This document shows positions 11,906 through 21,538 of a stretch of DNA of 64,000 nt, in pieces. The stretch is from Candidatus Poribacteria bacterium (lineage in GTDB: Bacteria; Poribacteria; WGA-4E; WGA-3G), in NCBI GenBank assembly GCA_965242965.1, contig OZ251518.1:1280001-1344000 (forward strand), read 5' to 3'. Each line of letters opens with the position of its first letter. The first letter of the stretch is position 1. The notes below the pieces were generated by a model that was given only the letters and a program-made list of their open reading frames with translations, was not told where the DNA came from and made no database searches. The position numbers were made by a program, and so were the translations under genes.

Positions 11906-12670
11906 CTATCTCGCAGCAACGCCTTGAGCCATTCGGGTGCTATCCGGTAGTCTCATGTCGGTTCGCTTGATTGCCGCTGCGTCGCGATGTGTGTCTGCCG
12001 CCAGCAGCAGTGCCGTGATGTCGCCGGGCAGCTGCACGCCAACCTCTCTTTCAACGCCTTGCACGCCACCGAACTCCTGCTGACATCGCGTGCCGATATC
12101 CTCCTTCTTCTTTCTAGCGGTGACGAAATCGGCGCGGGCATTCTCCCACGCTTGCAAGCGCAACCAAGCGATACCGCGATAGTAGAAGGTATGTCCCGGC
12201 AGGGCATCAAAATGTATCGCCTGGCTCAAATCTTCAATGGCCTGCTCGAAGTCGCCCTTCTCCAGATAAACTCTCCCGCGCCCATAATAGGCTCTTCCCA
12301 ACGTGGCGACGTGTGTTGACATCTCCATGACGGTGTTAAAGTCCGCAATGGCTTTGTCGTAGTCGCCTTTGCGTCGGTAAATTCGCCCGCGGTCCCGGTA
12401 GGGGCGGGTGTAATCCGATCTGCGTTGAATCGTCGTGTTAAAGTCCTTGAGGGCCAAGTCGAGTTCGCCTTTCGCCTCGTATGCTAGCCCGCGACTGAAA
12501 TATGTCCAGACGGTTTCTGGCATGATTTCTATCGCGCGGTTGAACTCTTCAATAGCCAAGTCAAACTCGCCTTGCTGATGGAGCGCGACCCCGCGATAGC
12601 GATGGGTTCTGGAGAGTGTCACCTTTTCGTGAGGTTGCAAGGCAGCGATGTCGCCGGTGTAGTCTTTCAT
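11906..12670 (-). CDS. TPR-repeat protein
   Basis: About 5 TPR repeats (RG.AY..KG..D.AI.DF); own RBS. Confidence 0.85.
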   Translation of the reverse strand: MKDYTGDIAALQPHEKVTLSRTHRYRGVALHQQGEFDLAIEEFNRAIEIMPETVWTYFSRGLAYEAKGELDLALKDFNTTIQRRSDYTRPYRDRGRIYRRKGDYDKAIADFNTVMEMSTHVATLGRAYYGRGRVYLEKGDFEQAIEDLSQAIHFDALPGHTFYYRGIAWLRLQAWENARADFVTARKKKEDIGTRCQQEFGGVQGVEREVGVQLPGDITALLLAADTHRDAAAIKRTDMRLPDSTRMAQGVAAR

Positions 12671-12748
12671 TTTTCTTTCCTATAGCGATTAAGCCGCGTA
12701 GCGGCTTAATCGGTATTCTTTCTGTTTCTATTTACGTGTCAGAAACCC

Positions 12749-13495
12749 TCAAGAACGCCGCTGTTGGTTTTGATTGCCAGATTGCCGTGGTTTATTCTGG
12801 GCACGTAAGCGCGCGAAGCCATCAAAGTCCGGAAACAGACTCGCCGCCGTAATCCCAGCCGCTTTCTCAAGGGAGGACAGGCTGGCAGACTTGCCATTGT
12901 TGAGGATGACACATTCTCCTGCTATCTCAATTTCGCCACTGCCGAAGAGAAAGACAGATTGCTGTGCGAGGATGCGGTTGTTTTGCTGCTTCGGCTGCCA
13001 TTGATACACCAGATATTCCGCCTGTGCATCCGAGGTGAAAAAATGGCCAATCTCTTTCTCAAGGTGTCGCGTCATGAGTTTTTCGATGAGGCCGGGTCCG
13101 TCGCTCTGCACCGCGAAAACTTTTCCATTCGCAGCCCCCTGAGCACTTTGCTGACAGGCAAACCAGAGTGCAACCAGGGCATTGCGGGTAAAGTCAATGA
13201 GGCACGTCGCTGCCCCGAAATGCTGAAGTTCCGCAAGTAACTCCAAATCAGCGAGTTGCCGCCCGTTTTTCTCGTCGTGCCCCAGAAGCCGCGCTTCTTC
13301 TATCATCTCCTGATTGATGTGGAGAAGCGTCTCCGGATGCCTGTCAGTCTGTGGCAAACGGCGATAGGCAGACGCTTCTAGTTCGTAGGTTTCCTTGGAA
13401 ACACCGCGAAACAGGTATTCTCCGTCGTTGAACTGCGCCACCCACTTCATAAAGCCATTCAGTGTTTTGACACGGTGAGATGCTTTTTGTAACAA
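12749..13495 (-). CDS. FRG domain protein
   Basis: YLFRGVS, LQHFGAATCLIDFT.NALVALWFAC, NRILAQQSVF, SLFPDFDG; TTG start after GAAGGAG. Confidence 0.88.
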   Translation of the reverse strand: MLQKASHRVKTLNGFMKWVAQFNDGEYLFRGVSKETYELEASAYRRLPQTDRHPETLLHINQEMIEEARLLGHDEKNGRQLADLELLAELQHFGAATCLIDFTRNALVALWFACQQSAQGAANGKVFAVQSDGPGLIEKLMTRHLEKEIGHFFTSDAQAEYLVYQWQPKQQNNRILAQQSVFLFGSGEIEIAGECVILNNGKSASLSSLEKAAGITAASLFPDFDGFARLRAQNKPRQSGNQNQQRRS

Positions 13496-13826
13496 TATAT
13501 CAACTCCTTCTGTCTGGAGATTCCTTTCTTTACAAGACACAGCACGGCCTCCGTCGTGTGCCTACCGTGAATAACGAACGCCACTCACATCATAGGATAC
13601 CATTTACGAACGGAATTGTCAAGTTTTTTCTGCACGGGTACCAGAGATATTATCCCCACCATTAACTCGGCAATCTCGTTTTCGTTCATGATGCCATCTT
13701 TTTTCTAGACAAAAATCGTGGATTAAGGTAAAATCTTAACATATTTTTCACAGGCCAGACGCAAATGCCATAACTCTCCACCTGCGCGGTTGTGGCTGCG
13801 TCCATCCTATTAGGGAGGAAACAAAC

Positions 13827-14639
13827 GTGCGGAAATTAACGATTTTTGTGGGAATCTGTCTCATCGCAACAATGTCCATCGGCGAGGCAGCCATTGATAC
13901 CAAAAACCTCGTCGGCGTATGGCTCTTCGATGAGGTAGATAACCGAGATATGTCCCCCGATGCATCTGAAAACGGCAACGATGCCGAACTGCTCAAAGGC
14001 GCGGAATTGGTGGACGATGGGAAATTTGATAAGGCACTCAGCCTCTCCGGCGACAAGGAATTTCAGATTGCGATGGTGCCGACTTCAAAGAGTCTTGACA
14101 GCTGCGCCGAGGAATACACTGCCACCACGTGGGTGAAACTCAAGAAGAAAGAGAAGGTGGTGCTCGGCGGGTGTTGCAACGATGACCACGCCATTATCAA
14201 CTTCCAGTATACCTGCCTGTTGAATATCTTCGGCCCCGGCAGAGGCGGCGGGCACGGTAAAGTGGAAATCGGCAGTGGGCAGCTGGCACCCTCGTGGGTT
14301 TCTGGCCCGACGCTCGTCAATGACGACAAGTGGCACCACATCGCCTTCACCTATGATGGCAGTGAGATGCTCGCCTATGTTGATGGGAAGGTTGACGCGA
14401 AAGCCAAAACCGGTGGCGTTTTCGGCTTAGCCGGGCAGTCACTACAGATTGGCGGCATGGCAGACCAGCGTCCAGCGTGGGGATTGATGGACGATGTCGC
14501 CGTTTTCAATACCGCTTTAAGTGAGGCGGATATCAACGAGATTATGAACGATGGGCTCGGCAAACTGTTCGGGTTTACGCCTGTCTCGCCCCTCGGCCGT
14601 TTGACGACGGTGTGGGCGCATGTCAAAAGGAAACGTTAG
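13827..14639 (+). CDS. Secreted LamG domain protein (paralog of 7217..8032)
   Basis: Same architecture; CCNDDH, NIFGPGR, WHHIAFTYDG; tail VSPLGRLTTVWAHVK; GGGAGG RBS. Confidence 0.88.
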   Translation: MRKLTIFVGICLIATMSIGEAAIDTKNLVGVWLFDEVDNRDMSPDASENGNDAELLKGAELVDDGKFDKALSLSGDKEFQIAMVPTSKSLDSCAEEYTATTWVKLKKKEKVVLGGCCNDDHAIINFQYTCLLNIFGPGRGGGHGKVEIGSGQLAPSWVSGPTLVNDDKWHHIAFTYDGSEMLAYVDGKVDAKAKTGGVFGLAGQSLQIGGMADQRPAWGLMDDVAVFNTALSEADINEIMNDGLGKLFGFTPVSPLGRLTTVWAHVKRKR

Positions 14640-14729
14640 CGTTTAGTTGATTCCCGGTAGTCGCGGTTTCAAACCGCGCCTTGCTGCTGTCCTTCAGCGT
14701 TTACCTAACGCGCGCAAGAGGATGTCCTT

Positions 14730-15764
14730 ATGTCAAAATACCGTTCCGCAATTATCGGCTGCGGCGGCAGAGCCTACGGGCATGCGAATGCCTATCGAGA
14801 CGTTTACCGCGGCGAACTCGTCGCGTGTGCGAACCGTTCCGATGCGGCGCGCCGCGAAAAATTCGCCGAAATCTTTGGCATTGTCGGCTACGCCGATGCC
14901 GAACAGATGCTTCGCGCCGAGAAACCAGACCTGGTGCATCTCGTCACGATGCCAGACCAGTGGGGCGAATTGATGCCGATGGTATCCGAACTCGGCGTGC
15001 CGGCGTGTATCGTAGAAAAACCCATCGCCTGCGGTGTATCAGACTGGCGGCGGCTATCCGAATTGGAAGCGCAGACCTCTACCAAATTCGGCGTAGGCAA
15101 GCAGTTCCGCTGGCATCCTTATCTGACGAAATGTCAACAAGCAGTGGCGGGTGGCTATTTGGGAAAAATCCTGTTGTTAGAGTTCTCGTGTGGCATGAAT
15201 ATCGCCGCGCAAGGGACGCATATCATCGATTGGGCGATGTCCCTCAATGCGGATGCCCCGGTCGCCCAAGTCTTCGGTAACGCGAGCGGCGCGGAGGCTT
15301 TCGACAGCACTTACCCCGGACCGGATACGACAACCTGTCAGGTGGTGTTTGAAAACGGTGTCCACGGGCAATGGACTACGGGTTCTGCCGCTCGTCGGGT
15401 GCGCAAAGCACCGGAGATTTACAAGCATTGTCGCGTCGCGGCTTACGGTGCAGAAGGCATCGTTTTCTTTGAAGAATTTGGAGATTGGGGTATTGAGACT
15501 CGAAAAATGAGCGAATACAGCATGCGGATTTCCGATGAAGGCCGCGCCAGAAACAATGATCGGGCGCAAGCGGGGCTCACCAATGCGATGTTCGATTGGC
15601 TTGAAGACGACGCTAAACCTGTCGGCACGCATCTCAAGCGGGCGTTGCATCAGTGGAACGCCGTTTTGGGCATTTATGCGAGTGCCCTCGCGCACGAACC
15701 AATTGATATCCCGTTTGATCCGCCGGATAATCTGTGTGAGGAGCTTAGGGCGGTTTTGTTGTAG
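14730..15764 (+). CDS. Gfo/Idh/MocA family oxidoreductase
   Basis: IIGCG, VEKPIA, QGTHIID. Confidence 0.85.
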   Translation: MSKYRSAIIGCGGRAYGHANAYRDVYRGELVACANRSDAARREKFAEIFGIVGYADAEQMLRAEKPDLVHLVTMPDQWGELMPMVSELGVPACIVEKPIACGVSDWRRLSELEAQTSTKFGVGKQFRWHPYLTKCQQAVAGGYLGKILLLEFSCGMNIAAQGTHIIDWAMSLNADAPVAQVFGNASGAEAFDSTYPGPDTTTCQVVFENGVHGQWTTGSAARRVRKAPEIYKHCRVAAYGAEGIVFFEEFGDWGIETRKMSEYSMRISDEGRARNNDRAQAGLTNAMFDWLEDDAKPVGTHLKRALHQWNAVLGIYASALAHEPIDIPFDPPDNLCEELRAVLL

Positions 15765-15861
15765 GAGGGACATCCTTGTCCCGATATCGTCTGCATCGAG
15801 ACCAGGAGGTCTCTCCTACCGGAAAATTCTTGATATTCTGACGAGTGTGAGGTATACTTCT

Positions 15862-16083
15862 ATGTTAAAAGTTGTAGAAGCGACAATTGATGAAGAAGGG
15901 GCTGTGCAATTAATTGAACCGCTGCAGTTGCCAAAATCGGCGCGCGCCTTCGTGGTAATCTTCGACGAGGAACTCCATGTTCCGATGAGCGCGTTACTCA
16001 GCGAAACTGCCCTCGCTGATGACTGGCTCCGTCCAGAGGAGGATGCCGCATGGGCCCACTTGCAGCCGGATTCGTCGTCTTAG
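15862..16083 (+). CDS. Small putative antitoxin of PemK/MazF-type locus (intact copy)
   Basis: 73 aa, MLKVVEATIDEEG...LSETALADDWLRPEEDAAWAHL, an acidic tail typical of genes overlapping pemK-like toxins; GAGGT RBS. Confidence 0.7.
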   Translation: MLKVVEATIDEEGAVQLIEPLQLPKSARAFVVIFDEELHVPMSALLSETALADDWLRPEEDAAWAHLQPDSSS

Positions 16084-16121
16084 CGCGCGTCCCGACGGCA
16101 TTTCAAGTTATGAGGTGAACC

Positions 16122-16341
16122 ATGCTAAAAGTTGTAGAAGCGACCATTGATGAAGAAGGGGCAGTGCAGTTAATTGAACCGCTGCAGTTGCCAAAATCGG
16201 CGCGCCTTCGTCATAATGTTCAGCGAAGAACCTTATGTTTGTGCCACCGCCCTGCTAAGCGAACCGGCTCTCGCTGAACACTGGCTCCGGCCGGAGGAGG
16301 ATGCCGCATGGGCCCACTTGCAGCCGGACTCGTCGTCTTAG
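16122..16341 (+). pseudogene. Second antitoxin copy with 2-bp frameshift
   Basis: Near-identical to 15862..16083 but TCGGCGCGCGCC is shortened to TCGGCGCGCC (~16200), giving a premature TGA; the original frame continues to TAG at 16341. Confidence 0.7.
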
Positions 16342-16652
16342 TCCGTTTCCCGTTTTCAGACTTGTCTCAAGCAAGATGGAGGCCTGCGGTGTTACTCGCA
16401 GCGGCGGGACGCGAGGATTGGGTTATCTGCCAAGTTACGAGCAATCCGTATAGAGGCAGCCGAACCGTACCACTGACTGATGCTTGTTTCGCTACCGGCT
16501 CGTTACGACTGGCGAGTTATGTCCGGCCTGATAAGCTGTTCACGGTTCACCAGAATCTCATCGTGAGGCAACTCGGCGTTTTACAAACAGACGTGTTCAC
16601 GGAGATTGTTGAGGCAGTTATCGACGTTCTCCGGGCAAGTCAGACATCCTAG
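16308..16652 (+). CDS. PemK/MazF family toxin
   Basis: VVLVRFPFSDLS...RPAVLL, ICQVTSNPY, GSL...SYVRPDKLFT. Confidence 0.85.
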   Translation: MGPLAAGLVVLVRFPFSDLSQARWRPAVLLAAAGREDWVICQVTSNPYRGSRTVPLTDACFATGSLRLASYVRPDKLFTVHQNLIVRQLGVLQTDVFTEIVEAVIDVLRASQTS

Positions 16653-16664
16653 GATGCCAAAAAT

Positions 16665-18023
16665 ATGAACAAACCAAATATCGTCTACATTCATTCGCAC
16701 GACACGGGACGGTATGTGCAACCTTACGGGCATGCCATCCCCACTCCGAATATCCAAAAACTCGCCGAAGGAGGCGTTCTGTTTCGGAACGCCTTTTGCG
16801 CTAACCCGACGTGTTCGCCTTCGCGAGCCGCACTCTTGACTGGGCAATGGGCGCATAGCTGCGGCATGGGCGGCTTGGCAAACCGAGGATGGAGTCTGCC
16901 GGTGCCAGAGCAACTCATCCCGCATACCCTCAATCAAGCCGGGTATGTCACCGCCTTGGCTGGATTCCAGCACGTCGTTCAAGATATCAACCAGACCGGC
17001 TACCAGCGGATTTTATCCGACGGAAGCGTCCGTGCCGGCGCGGAAGAACGCGCACGCGCCTTTATTGCGGAGAAACCCGACGCGCCTTTTTTCTTAGATG
17101 TCGGATTCGGTGAAACGCATCGCCGCCAGAAAGGGTTCGACCCGCCGCCAGAAGGCGAACCGAAAACCGACCCGAGGTATGTCAAACCGCCCGCGCCGTT
17201 CCCCGATACGCCCATCACTCGGCAGGATATGGCGGAATACATTGATTCAGCACGAACGCTGGATAAGAAAATGGGAGTGGTTTTTGACGCGCTGGAGGAA
17301 AATGGACTCGCCGACAACACACTCGTGATATGCACCACAGACCACGGACTCGCTTTCCCGCGAATGAAGTGCCACCTCACCGACCACGGTATCGGGGTGA
17401 TGCTCATTATGCGCGGACCGGGCAGTTTCAGCGGCGGACAAGTCGTGGATGGGCTAGTCAGCCAGATTGACCTGTTTCCAACTATCTGCGAATTGGCGGG
17501 GATTCAAGCACCGGCGTGGTTGCAAGGCACTTCTATTCTCCCGCTAGTGCGCGGCGAAACTGATGAAGCGCGCGATGCCATTTTCGCCGAAGTCAATTAT
17601 CACTGCTGTTATGAACCGCAGCGCGCCGTCCGAACCGACCGGTGGAAATATATCCACCGATGTGACGACGTGAAGCGGTGGGCCATGCCGAACTGCGACG
17701 ATAGCATCAGCAAGACGTTTATGATGGAGCGGGGATGGCGGGACTTGCCGACAGAAACGCATCGGCTCTATGATCTGGTATTCGATCCCGCGGAGGCGAA
17801 TAACCTCGCTGGAAATCCTGCTTATTGGGATGTGCTGGTAGACATGCGTTCTCGGCTTGAGGGATGGCGCGCCGAAACCGATGACCCGGTTACCTTTGAA
17901 GGGTGCATTATGGATATACCAGAAACCGCCGTGTTGAATTTGCCTTGGGATCTGTCGCCAGGAGATTTTCGTTATCCGGCGGATGAAGTGCTATATCCTG
18001 AAAATCGTCTGGAAGGTTACTAA
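16665..18023 (+). CDS. Sulfatase (Cys-type)
   Basis: PNIVYIHSHD, CSPSRAALLTG, TDHG, LYDL..DP.E.NNLA. Confidence 0.93.
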   Translation: MNKPNIVYIHSHDTGRYVQPYGHAIPTPNIQKLAEGGVLFRNAFCANPTCSPSRAALLTGQWAHSCGMGGLANRGWSLPVPEQLIPHTLNQAGYVTALAGFQHVVQDINQTGYQRILSDGSVRAGAEERARAFIAEKPDAPFFLDVGFGETHRRQKGFDPPPEGEPKTDPRYVKPPAPFPDTPITRQDMAEYIDSARTLDKKMGVVFDALEENGLADNTLVICTTDHGLAFPRMKCHLTDHGIGVMLIMRGPGSFSGGQVVDGLVSQIDLFPTICELAGIQAPAWLQGTSILPLVRGETDEARDAIFAEVNYHCCYEPQRAVRTDRWKYIHRCDDVKRWAMPNCDDSISKTFMMERGWRDLPTETHRLYDLVFDPAEANNLAGNPAYWDVLVDMRSRLEGWRAETDDPVTFEGCIMDIPETAVLNLPWDLSPGDFRYPADEVLYPENRLEGY

Positions 18024-18029
18024 CGCGAG

Positions 18030-19055
18030 CATGGTTGGCGGGTGGTTTTCGCGCAGGTCGAACGATCGCGGGGGACAGGCCCCCGCGCTACGGTGAAGAA
18101 AAAACGTGCCGCTGACCGTAGGGCGAGGGCCTGTCCCTCGCCGTGCCTCGATCGAGAAGGAAACGGCTTTGGTTGGCGTGCGGTTTTCGCGCAGGTCGAA
18201 CGATCGCGGGGGACAGGCCCCCGCGCTACGGGCCAGGTAGGGGTTTGCCTTTAGGTCCATAGGACCTTAATGTCTATAGAATACGCAGACCGCCAAGTCC
18301 TCAAGGTCCTTTAGGACCTTAATGTTTTCTGTGACGATGCGTGTGTTGCAGATTAAGGACCTAAAGGACCTTAGTGTTTTTTTCGTCGGCGGGATACTAT
18401 AGACATGCAGGACCTAAAGGACCTGAAGAGGGGTTTTTTCACAGGCGTGATCGCGGGGGACAGGCCCACGCGCTACGGTTAGTGGACCGCCTCCGTTTAC
18501 CGTAGGGCGAGGGCCTGTCCCTCGCCGTGCCTCGGTCGGAACGGGAAAACGGCTTTGGGCGGCGGGCGGTTTTCGCGCAGGTCGAGCGATCGCGGGGGAC
18601 AGGCCCACGCGCTACGGGCCCGGAAGGGGTTCTCCTCGCCATGCATCTGTTCGGGATCAGGCGAGCCCGAACTACAGTCTCCTCAAGGTCCGTAGGACCT
18701 TAATGTCTGTAGCATGCGCAGACCGCCAAGTCCTCAAGGTCCTTTAGGACCTTAATGTTTTTCGGTTGCGTTGCGTGTGCTGCAGATTAAGACCTAAAGG
18801 ACCTTAGTTTTTTTCGGTCGGCAGGTGACTATAGACATGCAGGACCTAAAGGACCTGAAGAGATTTTTTACGGGTGCGATCGCGGGGGACAGGCCCCCGC
18901 GCTACGGTTAAAAAAAGCGTGCCGTTTACCGTAGGGCGAGGGCCTGTCCCTCGCCAGGCAACGATCGTGGGGGACAGGCCCACGCGCCACGGGCCCGGAA
19001 GGGGTTCGCCTCTCCATGCGCCCGTTCGGGAGCAGGTGCTCCCGAACTACAGTCT
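18030..19055. repeat. Large composite REP-like cluster (two related blocks)
   Basis: Alternating GTAG hairpins plus two ~175-bp AGGTCC/GGACCT-CTATAG elements (~18250-18430, ~18683-18860). Confidence 0.85.
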
Positions 19056-19060
19056 CTAAC

Positions 19061-19150
19061 TAATCCTGTAAATCCTGCAAATCCTGCTCCAATCTTGAAA
19101 ATCTTGAAAATCCTGCTCCAAATCCTGCTCATCTCTGGCGAATCCTGTAA
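19061..19150 (+). repeat. Degenerate 9-bp tandem repeat (AATCCTGHA)n
   Basis: aatcctgta aatcctgca aatcctgct..aatcttgaa aatcttgaa aatcctgct. Confidence 0.75.
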
Positions 19151-19246
19151 ACTGTTAAAACTATTTGCAATAAACGTTACTTTTATGATAAACTATCTCC
19201 AGAACATTAACCAATTTCCTTTTCATCCATTTTTAGAGGAGAAACT

Positions 19247-20212
19247 ATGGAAAAAGTAAAACTCGGTTTTATAGGCACAGGCGGCATGGCAGGCGCGCAC
19301 ATGCGGAACCTCAAGGACAACTTTGAGGATGTTGAATTCACCGCGATGTGCGATATCTCGGAAGACCGCGCCAAACAGCGCGCCCAAGAATTCGGCGGCA
19401 ACGCTTACACCGACTTCCGCGTCATGTACGACAAGGAAGACTTGAACGCTGTCTACATCTGCACGCCGCCGTTCGCGCACGGCGAACAAGAACGCATCGC
19501 TTGCGAACGCGGCATCGCCATGTTCATCGAGAAACCTATCCACTCGGAACTGGAACCAGCCGTGATTATCAATGATTACATTGAGCAGACCGGCGTGATT
19601 ACGAGCGTCGGTTACCATTGGCGTTACGGCGGCAACGCGCAAAACGCAAAGGCGATGCTTGATGCAGAACCGCAGATCCTCGGCGCACTCGGCTATTGGA
19701 TAGGCGGACTGCCCGGCACACCGTGGTGGCGCGTTCGCGCACAATCCGGCGGACAACACGTCGAACAGACGACGCACATCTTCGACTTGGCCCGATTCCT
19801 CATCGGCAGCGATGGCAAGACTGTGCACGGGGTCGCCGCCAGCGGCAGCATGACGAACATCCCCAACTACGATGTTGATGACATCAGCATGGTGAACATT
19901 GAGTTCCAAAACGGCACCGTCGCCAACATCGTCTCATCTTGTGCGATGGAAGGCTACGGACGCGTCCAATTGGAAGTGTTCTGCCGCGGCCTCGTCGTCA
20001 CCGTCGGCGGAGCGAACAACTTCAACCGCAAAGGGGAGACAGAACCGCTGTCCAGCGAAGGTGGGCAAGACCGGGATAGGGTGTTCATTGACGCAGTCAA
20101 GAGCGGCGACGGTTCAAAAATCCTGTCGTCCTATAGCGACGCGTTGCAAACGCTCCGCATCATGCTCGCCGCCAGCACCTCCTTCCGCACCGGCAAAGCC
20201 GTTGATTTGTAG
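19247..20212 (+). CDS. Gfo/Idh/MocA family oxidoreductase
   Basis: GFIGTGGMA, ICTPPFAH, FIEKP, SGGQHVEQTTHIFD. Confidence 0.9.
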   Translation: MEKVKLGFIGTGGMAGAHMRNLKDNFEDVEFTAMCDISEDRAKQRAQEFGGNAYTDFRVMYDKEDLNAVYICTPPFAHGEQERIACERGIAMFIEKPIHSELEPAVIINDYIEQTGVITSVGYHWRYGGNAQNAKAMLDAEPQILGALGYWIGGLPGTPWWRVRAQSGGQHVEQTTHIFDLARFLIGSDGKTVHGVAASGSMTNIPNYDVDDISMVNIEFQNGTVANIVSSCAMEGYGRVQLEVFCRGLVVTVGGANNFNRKGETEPLSSEGGQDRDRVFIDAVKSGDGSKILSSYSDALQTLRIMLAASTSFRTGKAVDL

Positions 20213-20291
20213 GGAGAACCGTTTCGTTTGATGAAAACCGTTTGGAATTTTGCAATTTCAGATGAAGTTTCAGAATAAGTAAGGAGAACCG

Positions 20292-21050
20292 ATGGCAATT
20301 AACCAATCAATCTGTTTTGGCGGTTTCAGCCGCGGCGCGGAAAATCCCGAAGATGTCATCCGCAAAGCCGCTGAAATTGGCTATAAATCCGTTGAAATGC
20401 TCCCGGAGGCACTCTGGCCCGTCGTCCGCGATAACGGCATGCGCGTCGCGATTATCGTCGGACACGCCTCGCTACCCGATGGCTTAAACAAGCGCGAGAA
20501 CCACGATAGGATCGAGGACGAAATCCTCAAGAATATCGATATCGCCGCCGCGAATGACATCCCCGGCCTTATCTGCTTCTCCGGCAACCGCGAAGGGAAA
20601 TCGGAGGAAGAGGGACGCGATAACACGATAGAAGGGTTGTCGCGCGTCACCAAAGCCGCCGAGGAAAAGGGTGTGAACCTCTGCATCGAGTTGCTCAATA
20701 GCAAAGTCAATCACCCTGATTACCAGTGCGATAAGACAGAGTGGGGTGTGGAGGTGTGCAAGGGTGTCAACTCGCCGCGCGCGCTGTTGCTCTATGACAT
20801 CTACCACATGCAGATTATGGAGGGGGACCTCATCCGCAACATCACCGATTATAGCGACTATATCGGGCATTACCACACGGCGGGCAACCCTGGCCGCCGC
20901 GATCTGGATGACGAGCAGGAGATTTATTATCCCGCCGTCATGCGCGCCATCGCTAAGACAGGCTATGAACTCTACGTCGGACACGAATTCGGTCCCAAGG
21001 GCGAGCCTATCGCCGCGATGCAACACGCGTTTGATGTGTGTAACGTCTAA
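20292..21050 (+). CDS. Hydroxypyruvate isomerase-like TIM-barrel protein
   Basis: ICFSGNR, ELLNSKVNHPDY, LYDIYHMQIMEG, HYHTAGNPGR, VGHEF. Confidence 0.88.
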   Translation: MAINQSICFGGFSRGAENPEDVIRKAAEIGYKSVEMLPEALWPVVRDNGMRVAIIVGHASLPDGLNKRENHDRIEDEILKNIDIAAANDIPGLICFSGNREGKSEEEGRDNTIEGLSRVTKAAEEKGVNLCIELLNSKVNHPDYQCDKTEWGVEVCKGVNSPRALLLYDIYHMQIMEGDLIRNITDYSDYIGHYHTAGNPGRRDLDDEQEIYYPAVMRAIAKTGYELYVGHEFGPKGEPIAAMQHAFDVCNV

Positions 21051-21102
21051 CGCAGTTGGACTGTAGGCGCGTTTTGAAAGCGCGCCTACCCATAAAAACC
21101 TT

Positions 21103-21498
21103 ATGCAATTACCATTTGACGACTCCCCATTTGACGAGGTCTCGCTGCGTGGTGAAGGGCGGCAGAAACTCGCTGCTCTGCGCGAAACAGCGAAGGAACG
21201 GACAGAGGAGGATGGAAAGCCGGTCGCCGAGGGTGCGTATGGAGAAGCACTTTCGGTGCTGGCGCGCCTCTCCCGCTATCTCCCGTTCCCCGAACTGCAA
21301 ATTTTGGACGATGGCGCGATCTGCATGGAATGGTTCCCCAGGAAGGGGGTAATTACCGTCAACGTCTATGGCGATGGGCTCGTCTTTTTCGCAGCAACAT
21401 GGGGCAAACCGAGCAGGATTACCGGCGTTTCCGAACTCTCCGATCCGCTCATCTTACCCAATGTCCTCAAAATGGTGAATGACTCATTTCGGAGGTAG
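21103..21498 (+). CDS. Hypothetical protein; stand-alone paralog of the domain in 24188..24952 and 25694..26404
   Basis: Shared P.P.[IL]...DG.[IL]..EW.P..G..T...YGD.LV motif. Confidence 0.7.
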   Translation: MQLPFDDSPFDEVSLRGEGRQKLAALRETAKERTEEDGKPVAEGAYGEALSVLARLSRYLPFPELQILDDGAICMEWFPRKGVITVNVYGDGLVFFAATWGKPSRITGVSELSDPLILPNVLKMVNDSFRR

Positions 21499-21538
21499 CG
21501 GGCCCATCGCTGTTCGCTAAAATTAAGGAGATTTCATT

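Noticed and set aside
12670-12751. Selenocysteine or readthrough joining FRG and TPR at the in-frame TGA
   Set aside because: A second in-frame TAG follows six codons later and the TPR gene has its own RBS
13749-13812. c-di-GMP-I riboswitch because of GACGCAAA
   Set aside because: Upstream GGCAAACC/GNRA stem and downstream receptor motif not found
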